A DNA stretch of 64,000 nucleotides from Staphylococcus epidermidis (GTDB lineage: Bacteria; Bacillota_I; Bacilli_A; RFN20; CAG-826). The stretch lies in contig CAMBSI010000002.1 in assembly GCA_945870555.1 (NCBI GenBank), positions 14,486 through 78,485 on the forward strand, given 5' to 3'. Of this stretch, positions 57,790 to 64,000 are shown piece by piece (position 1 is the first letter of the stretch; each line of letters begins with the position of its first letter). The translations under genes and the position numbers were made by a program. Under the pieces are notes generated by a model that was not told where the DNA came from, made no database searches, and saw nothing but the letters and a program-made list of their open reading frames with translations.

Positions 57790-59499
57790 ATGGAAAAAGT
57801 TATAAAATTTAGCGAATATCCACTAGCATTACCTAAATTTCAAAAAATTGAAAAGAAATTTAATGTCATGTTAAGTGAATTTGAATCTGCTCCAAATGCT
57901 CTAGTTCAACGTCGTTTGATGAACAAATTAGGCAAGTTCATGGATGAAGTTCAAACCGACTTTACCATCATTACGACTCGCCATTCGATCGATACAAGGG
58001 ATGAAACCTATAAACAAGCCAATGATTTGGTCAATGAAGTCGGACCGATGGTTCAAGGTTTAGGTAACCGTTATTCAAAGGCAGTTTTGGCAAGTAAACA
58101 TCGAGTTGAATTGGAAAAACTCGTCGGATCATTTTTATTTAAAAAACTAGAATTAGCGGCAAAAACGTTTGATGTAAAAATTCTTCAAGATCTTCAAGAA
58201 GAAAATAAACTTTCCACAGAATATGACGCTTTAATGGCGAGTGCTCAAATTCCATTTGATGGTGGTGTTTATAACCTTTCACAAATGGGCAAGTTCTCGG
58301 TCAGTAAAGACCGAGATATTCGTAAGCGTGCTAGTAAAGAAGTAGAAAATTGGATGAGTGAAAAAGAACAAGCACTTGCGCAGATTTATACAAAACTTGT
58401 TAACCTACGTCATGGCATGGCAAAAAAACTTGGTTACAGTTCATTTACGCAAATGGCCTATGACCGTATGGGTAGAACCGACTACGGTCCAAAAGATGTG
58501 AAAGCATACCGTGATCAAATTTTAGAATCAGTCGTGCCACTATCCAACAAGTTAACCAGACAACAAATCAAACGCATTGATGTTCCCGCGCCAAAATTTT
58601 ATGATTTGGCCATTCAATTTAAAGACGGTAACGCTACACCAAAAGGTGACAAAAATTACTTAGTGAATGCTGCCTTAAAAATGTATAAACACATGGGTCA
58701 AGAAATTGGTGAATTTTTCCAAGCCATGGTGGATCAAGAACTACTCGATTTAGAAGCAAAACCAGGCAAACGTGGCGGCGGTTATATGACATTCTTCCCA
58801 CGATATCAAATGCCATTTGTTTTCTCTAATTTCAATGGTACTGCTGGAGATGTTGATGTTTTGACTCACGAAATTGGCCATGCTTTCCAAGGCTTTATGT
58901 CACGGAAAATTAAACCAGTGGAATATCGTGATCCAACGATGGAAGAAGCGGAAATCCACTCGATGTCGATGGAATTCTTTGCAACCCCTTATATGGAATC
59001 ATTCTTTAAAGATGATAAAGATAAATACCTCTTTGGTCATTTAGAAGGTGCAATCGTTTTCCTGCCATATGGGGTAACCGTTGATGAATTTCAACATTGG
59101 GTTTATGAAAATCCAAATGCTTCTCATGATCAACGCTGTGCAAAATGGCGGGAAATCGAACTTAAATACACACCTTATAAGAAATATACAGGATTCCCTT
59201 TATATGAAAAGGGCGCACGTTGGATGAGACAAGCACATATTTATAGCTCACCATTTTATTACATCGATTACACCCTAGCTCAAGTGATTGCTTTACAATT
59301 TTTAGGTTTAATGAAAAAGAATCATGATAAAGCCTGGAAAAAATATGTGAAGGTTTGTTCACTCGGTGGAAAATATCCATTCACGGAATTACTTGATAAA
59401 GCAAAATTAAAAAATCCATTTATTGAAGGAACGATTAAGAAAACGTTCAGACCTGTGAAGAAAATTTTAAAGGAATACGGTCAAAAGTTTCAAGATTAG
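57790..59499 (+). CDS. pepF: M3-family oligoendopeptidase (PepF-like)
   Basis: 569 aa with the HEIGHAF zinc motif and a downstream E. Confidence 0.85.
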   Translation: MEKVIKFSEYPLALPKFQKIEKKFNVMLSEFESAPNALVQRRLMNKLGKFMDEVQTDFTIITTRHSIDTRDETYKQANDLVNEVGPMVQGLGNRYSKAVLASKHRVELEKLVGSFLFKKLELAAKTFDVKILQDLQEENKLSTEYDALMASAQIPFDGGVYNLSQMGKFSVSKDRDIRKRASKEVENWMSEKEQALAQIYTKLVNLRHGMAKKLGYSSFTQMAYDRMGRTDYGPKDVKAYRDQILESVVPLSNKLTRQQIKRIDVPAPKFYDLAIQFKDGNATPKGDKNYLVNAALKMYKHMGQEIGEFFQAMVDQELLDLEAKPGKRGGGYMTFFPRYQMPFVFSNFNGTAGDVDVLTHEIGHAFQGFMSRKIKPVEYRDPTMEEAEIHSMSMEFFATPYMESFFKDDKDKYLFGHLEGAIVFLPYGVTVDEFQHWVYENPNASHDQRCAKWREIELKYTPYKKYTGFPLYEKGARWMRQAHIYSSPFYYIDYTLAQVIALQFLGLMKKNHDKAWKKYVKVCSLGGKYPFTELLDKAKLKNPFIEGTIKKTFRPVKKILKEYGQKFQD

Positions 59500-59513
59500 T
59501 TTAATCACCTGTT

Positions 59514-59541
59514 AAAAACCATAATTTATTATGGTTTTTTT
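59514..59541 (+). terminator. Rho-independent terminator after the M3 peptidase gene
   Basis: aaccataa / ttatggtt stem with a 4-nt loop, then a 7-T run. Confidence 0.8.
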
Positions 59542-59677
59542 ATTAATCCCTTATAAAAAACGCTTCTAAATTAGTCTAGTAAAATTGATTAAAAAAAGTT
59601 AAAAGAAACGCTTTACAAAACGATGGTTGTGTTATGATATTTGTATATTTAATTGTTAATCTTTGGAGGCATCATTC

Positions 59678-61252
59678 ATGGAAGTAAGGCTTGAGAACCT
59701 AACGAAGATTTTTGAAAGTAAGAATTCAACAAGGACGGTTGCGGTTAACGCATTCAATTTTACAATTCCTGATGGTAAACTTGTTGGTTTACTTGGCCCA
59801 TCTGGGTGTGGAAAATCAACCACCCTTTATATGATCTCGGGTTTACTTTATCCTACTCATGGCCGTATTTTCTTCGGAGATGAAGATGTCACGGAGTTGT
59901 CACCAGAACAACGCGGCATTGGTTTAGTTTTCCAAAACTATGCCCTCTATCCACATATGACGGTGAAGAAGAACATTCTTTTTCCTTTGGAAAACATGAA
60001 CATTAAGAAAAAAACAATTGCAGATGCGATTGAAAAAGCTAACTTATCCATTGCTCCAAAAGAAGCAAAAATTTATTATCAATACTTAAAAAAATCATTC
60101 GCCGTCCGAAACAAATACAAACGCTTAGAAAACGAAGCAAGGGCAACTTTTCAGTCTCAATTATTAGATTTGAAAAAAGCAAAACAACACAAACAAAAGA
60201 ATGTAACGGATATCAAAACGATTAAAGTTACTTTTCAAAAAAAATTAGCGGACTTTAGATTGGAATTCGAACAAGAATTAAAGTCTAAGACACCGCAAGA
60301 TCTAAAAGGTATCATTCTAACCATCAATCAATCCTTTTCACGGATTGAACAACCATATTTAGCATTAAAAAGAGAAAAAATCATTCGTTTACTCCTTAAT
60401 CCAACCAAATGGCTAAAGTTCAATCAACATTTATTAAAGGAACTCATGCCGATTGTCCCAAAAGTATTAAAGGAAGTCGAAGAAGCTAAATACAAAGATT
60501 ATGTTGCTTTCATGAATCAAGAAGCGATTGCAATGGCCAAACTTGTTGGCATTGAAGATCAACTTCAAAAACGACCAGCCCAATTATCTGGTGGTCAGCA
60601 GCAACGAGTTGCGATTGCACGAGCGCTTGTTAAAAAGCCCAAAGTTTTATTGCTAGATGAACCATTATCAAATTTGGATGCACGTTTGCGACTTCAAACC
60701 AGAGAAGAAATCAAGCGTATTCAAAAAGAGATTGGCATCACAACAGTCTTCGTGACGCATGACCAAGAAGAAGCGATGTCAATTTCTGATCAAATCGTTT
60801 TGATGAATTTTGGTGCAGAACAACAAAAAGGAAATCCACAAGACGTTTATAACCAACCAGAAAATTTATTTGTTGCAAAATTTCTAGGTACGCCACCAAT
60901 CAATCTTTATCAAGGATCGGTTAAAGATGGAAAAGTCATGGTTCAAGATCAAGTGCTTTTTGAATCTTCAAAGTTAAAAAACAAGAATATTGCCGAAGTG
61001 GTGATTGGCGTTAGACCTGAGGGTTATGAAATGGATAGCAAAGGACCGCTAACATTAAAACCACAATTTGTCGAAATGATTGGCCGTGACGTTTCTTTAG
61101 TTGCCTCACACCCTCAAGCACAAACCCCAACCGTTCGATTGATTTTAAATAGCGATGACTTTAATGTAAAACTCTCTGAAACCATGCATGTAAAACTAAA
61201 GCCTAACAAGACCTTTATTTTTGAGAAAGATACAGGTCGGAGGTTGGCTTAA
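59678..61252 (+). CDS. Sugar ABC transporter ATP-binding protein (MsmK/UgpC/MalK family) with a ~165-aa internal insertion
   Basis: ATG 59678 lies 8 nt after ggagg. Motifs GPSGCGKST, LVFQNYALYPHMTV, LSGGQQQRVAIARAL, LLLDEPLSNLD, a TOBE-like C-terminus, and a Lys-rich insertion between the Q-loop region and the signature. Confidence 0.85.
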   Translation: MEVRLENLTKIFESKNSTRTVAVNAFNFTIPDGKLVGLLGPSGCGKSTTLYMISGLLYPTHGRIFFGDEDVTELSPEQRGIGLVFQNYALYPHMTVKKNILFPLENMNIKKKTIADAIEKANLSIAPKEAKIYYQYLKKSFAVRNKYKRLENEARATFQSQLLDLKKAKQHKQKNVTDIKTIKVTFQKKLADFRLEFEQELKSKTPQDLKGIILTINQSFSRIEQPYLALKREKIIRLLLNPTKWLKFNQHLLKELMPIVPKVLKEVEEAKYKDYVAFMNQEAIAMAKLVGIEDQLQKRPAQLSGGQQQRVAIARALVKKPKVLLLDEPLSNLDARLRLQTREEIKRIQKEIGITTVFVTHDQEEAMSISDQIVLMNFGAEQQKGNPQDVYNQPENLFVAKFLGTPPINLYQGSVKDGKVMVQDQVLFESSKLKNKNIAEVVIGVRPEGYEMDSKGPLTLKPQFVEMIGRDVSLVASHPQAQTPTVRLILNSDDFNVKLSETMHVKLKPNKTFIFEKDTGRRLA

Positions 61253-62178
61253 TGTTAGATCACAAACGAGATTTAAAAGCTTGGTTGTATCTGATTATTC
61301 CGTTATTTTTGTTATCCGTTTTTACTTTTTACCCACTGATCAAAACCTTTTTAATATCGATGTTTTCTGAATATAATGCGCTGACCGATGATTTTGGAAG
61401 GTATTTTGATTTTTATGCATATACTGCAATTTTTAATGATCGATTTTTCATCAATGCCATCTCCAACACTTTAGTCCTTGTGTTCGTCTCGGTTCCTGTG
61501 TCTACCTTATTAGCGCTTTTAATTGCCGTAAGTCTAAACTCGATTAAACCTCTTCAAAAAATATTTCAAACCATCTTCTTCATTCCTTACGTCACGAATG
61601 CACTTGCGATTGGGATGGTTTTTAACGTCATGTTTTCTCATCCGCTCGTTGGTGGGGTTGCCGCAGAAGGTTTAATCAATACACTTTTTCAAACTGCCAT
61701 TGATTGGGTTGGTCCAACGGCTACGGTTGAAAGATGGCGCACGGTTGTTCTGGTTTATACCATTTGGAGTGCACTTCCATTCAAAATTCTTGTTTTCATC
61801 GGTGGCTTACAAAATATTTCTAAGCAATACTATGATGCTGCAAAAATTGATGCTGCACCTAAATTTAAGGTCATGACAAGGATCACCATTCCATTATTGT
61901 CCCCTATCATTAGTTATATTCTGATCACGTCATTTATTGGTTCATTTAAAGCATATGAATCCGTCTTATCCGTTGTGGGAACTGTCGGGCGAAGCCTCGA
62001 TCGAAATCGCTGGACTGCGGTTGCTTACGTTTACGACAAGATTGGAAACTCAGGCTTAGATTTCAATAACGTTTCTTACTATTCCCGGGGTGCTGCGGCA
62101 GCAGTTGTTTTGTTTCTCATCATTATGATTTTCACATTCATTAACTTATACGTCTCCAAGAAGACCGTGCACTATTAA
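61252..62178 (+). CDS. Sugar ABC transporter permease (MalF/UgpA-like)
   Basis: 308 aa, 6 TM, EAA-type loop (YYDAAKIDAAPKFKVMTRITIPLL). Confidence 0.85.
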   Translation: MLDHKRDLKAWLYLIIPLFLLSVFTFYPLIKTFLISMFSEYNALTDDFGRYFDFYAYTAIFNDRFFINAISNTLVLVFVSVPVSTLLALLIAVSLNSIKPLQKIFQTIFFIPYVTNALAIGMVFNVMFSHPLVGGVAAEGLINTLFQTAIDWVGPTATVERWRTVVLVYTIWSALPFKILVFIGGLQNISKQYYDAAKIDAAPKFKVMTRITIPLLSPIISYILITSFIGSFKAYESVLSVVGTVGRSLDRNRWTAVAYVYDKIGNSGLDFNNVSYYSRGAAAAVVLFLIIMIFTFINLYVSKKTVHY

Positions 62179-62194
62179 TGGGGAGAACATATTA

Positions 62195-63139
62195 ATGAGT
62201 AAATCCATTCAATTACAAACGCAACATCATTACCAATATGATGCAAAATTAAAAGTTCAACATACCGCAAAAGTGATTCAAAACTTTATCCTCTATGGTT
62301 TTTTGGCAATCATGGCGTTTGTGGTAATCGTTCCTTTTTATTGGATGCTTAATGTTTCTTTTCAAAGTAGTAATGAAGTTTTAAATTCTTTAAACGTGAG
62401 TTTTTTTCCAAAGGTTTTCTCGCCAGATAATTATATCAATGTGTTTCTTTATAGTTCAGCTTCTCAAGGGAATATTGATTTTAGTCGCTATTTATTTAAC
62501 ACGATCTTGGTTGCATTCTTTACAACCCTCGGCGGAACTTTCTTTTCTATCCTTGTTGCGTTTGCTTTAGCAAGATTGAATTTTAAAGGAAGAGATTTAA
62601 TATTCACGATTTTATTGGCAACGATGATGATTCCAGGTGAAATGCTTGTCATTTCAAATTTCGTTACGGTTTCTCGACTTGGTTGGGTTAATGCCGACAA
62701 TTCAGGTTCATACTTAGCTGTTATTATTCCGTTTCTAGTTTCGATTTTTCACATTTATCTTTTACGCCAAACCTTTAAACAAATACCGAACGAACTTTAT
62801 TACGCTGCAAAGGTCGATGGTTGTGGTGATTTCAAATATCTTTGGAGCGTGATGGTTCCGATGGCGAAATCATCGATTGTCACGATTATTATTTTAAGAA
62901 TTATGGGTACTTGGAATGCCTATATTTGGCAAGATATTGTTGCGAACGAAAAATACAAACTCGTCACCACATGGTTACGAAGTTCGTTTGTTGATTTAGC
63001 GAATACTGGTTCCGGTCGTGTTTTAATTAATTACCAAATGGCTGCGACGGTCATAGTGACGGTCCCATTGTTACTTCTGTTTATTTTCTTTAGGAAATAC
63101 ATCATGAGCGGTGTTTCTAGAAGTGGGGTTAAGGGTTAA
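62195..63139 (+). CDS. Sugar ABC transporter permease (MalG/UgpE-like)
   Basis: 314 aa with EAA loop (LYYAAKVDGCGDFKYLWSVMVPM). Confidence 0.85.
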   Translation: MSKSIQLQTQHHYQYDAKLKVQHTAKVIQNFILYGFLAIMAFVVIVPFYWMLNVSFQSSNEVLNSLNVSFFPKVFSPDNYINVFLYSSASQGNIDFSRYLFNTILVAFFTTLGGTFFSILVAFALARLNFKGRDLIFTILLATMMIPGEMLVISNFVTVSRLGWVNADNSGSYLAVIIPFLVSIFHIYLLRQTFKQIPNELYYAAKVDGCGDFKYLWSVMVPMAKSSIVTIIILRIMGTWNAYIWQDIVANEKYKLVTTWLRSSFVDLANTGSGRVLINYQMAATVIVTVPLLLLFIFFRKYIMSGVSRSGVKG

Positions 63140-63207
63140 CAAAATCTTAACAATCCTATCTCTTTACAATGTTTGATGATGAATATAATTTCTATGGAGG
63201 AAATTAC

Positions 63208-64000
63208 ATGCTAGAAAAGTCATTCAAGACCAAATTTCTTGCGGTTGCCTCGCTTAGTTTATTGTTAGCATCTTGTCAAACAAGACCTAGCAGTGAAGAC
63301 CCTTCATCCGTTAGTAGTTTATCGACCAGCGTGATTGATGGATCAAGTGATTCAAATGCTTCAAGTGTTGTATCGAGTTCATCTATTAATCCCGAAGCCC
63401 CCAAAATTCTCAATTGGTACAATCTAAGTCCAGATGCAGTTCTCGATACAAGTACGCCTGTCACCATTAATTTTTGGCACCGAATGGGTGCTTCGAGTCA
63501 AGCATTGGTTCAACAATGGATTTCCGCTTTTAAAATTGAATATCCGCACATCACGGTGATCGAAGAAAAAGTTGCCAATGACTATACCGCGGTAGCAGAT
63601 CGGGTTGCTCTTTCCATCACTGCCGGTACAGAACCAGACATTGTTGAAAGCTATCCAGACCATGTTGCACGTTATGCGCAAGCAAGAGCCCCATTAGCAT
63701 TAAATAACTTTATCAATCACCCTGTTTATGGATTGACCATAGAACAACAAGAAGACTTCTTACCAGGATTATGGCGAGAAAGTCAAAGTTATGATAACGC
63801 CGGTACCATTTTGTCTTTACCATTTGCAAAATCAACCGAAGGTTTATTTTATAATGCTGCTTATTTTGAAACCCACGGATATGAAGTGCCACAAACTTGG
63901 GATGAAGTTTTTGAAATTGCAGATTCCATTAAACAAAGAGAACCGAATGCGATTCCATTTGGTTATGATTCGGAAGACAATTTATTTATCACTGCTGCTG
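63208..64000 (+). CDS. Sugar ABC transporter substrate-binding lipoprotein (5' part; continues past window)
   Basis: Absent from the ORF track because there is no stop. ggagg RBS at 63196-63200. MLEKSFKTKFLAVASLSLLLASC lipobox, a Ser-rich linker, then SBP family-1-like sequence (INFWHRMG...). Confidence 0.8.
   Translation, partial: MLEKSFKTKFLAVASLSLLLASCQTRPSSEDPSSVSSLSTSVIDGSSDSNASSVVSSSSINPEAPKILNWYNLSPDAVLDTSTPVTINFWHRMGASSQALVQQWISAFKIEYPHITVIEEKVANDYTAVADRVALSITAGTEPDIVESYPDHVARYAQARAPLALNNFINHPVYGLTIEQQEDFLPGLWRESQSYDNAGTILSLPFAKSTEGLFYNAAYFETHGYEVPQTWDEVFEIADSIKQREPNAIPFGYDSEDNLFITAA

Noticed and set aside
59548-59625. Repeated aaacgctt motifs upstream of the sugar ABC operon as a cre or LacI-type operator
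   Set aside because: Neither copy fits the cre consensus WTGNAANCGNWNNCW when aligned on the CG core, and the sequence is not palindromic.
1-64000. CRISPR arrays, transposases, integrases, prophage or toxin-antitoxin/defence islands
   Set aside because: Reading the window revealed no repeat-spacer structure, no recognisable mobile-element or defence gene, and no long direct or inverted repeats. Nearly every ORF is a housekeeping gene in Bacillota-like synteny.

Overview
This window looks like a core chromosomal region of a low-GC (roughly 35-40% by eye) Bacillota/Mollicutes-type bacterium, most consistent with an Acholeplasma-like lineage. TGA is used as a stop, so the genetic code is standard. 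The taxon guess rests on many lipobox lipoproteins, an MGS-type glycolipid glycosyltransferase, no rpsA between cmk and der, no ponA next to recU, and a sugar-ABC ATPase carrying a large insertion.

Coding density is very high and many genes are translationally coupled through ATGA or 8-20 nt overlaps. Recognisable content, in order:
- a truncated ABC exporter and a glycolipid module
- recX, yhaM and a HIT protein
- two PrsA-like lipoproteins
- sufCDSUB, mnmG-rsmG-parA-parB, and cmk-der-gpsA
- hup, a short cca, dnaD and nth
- recU with an upstream exonuclease, then gpsB
- an RNase P RNA gene (rnpB) that the ORF track misses
- pgsA-cinA-recA, rny-ymdB-miaB-ymcA, and mutSL-miaA
- a DUF951 gene, then two fused MacB/FtsX-type ABC proteins
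- csp, ychF, gltX, argS, rpoE and fba
- a CysQ-like phosphatase with a 5'-nucleotidase lipoprotein, then nfu
- a five-gene tRNA cluster (Val-Tyr-Gln-Lys-Leu)
- a pgi / S1 / IspD-like / HAD operon
- a LemA-like gene, gpmI, an M3 peptidase and a sugar ABC operon

I saw no CRISPR array, transposase, integrase, prophage or recognisable defence island. The most system-like unexplained element is the coupled pair of NBD-fused MacB-type ABC proteins with large unrecognisable extracytoplasmic domains (38816-43199). Other points worth a second look:
- a ParB with a degenerate CTP-binding motif
- a recurring leaderless TGnTAnnnT-N6-ATG start architecture
- a minimal CCA-adding enzyme
- a Bacillus-like dnaD-nth-recU-gpsB-rnpB synteny block that lacks ponA

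All calls come from reading the sequence and from motif memory; no searches were run.
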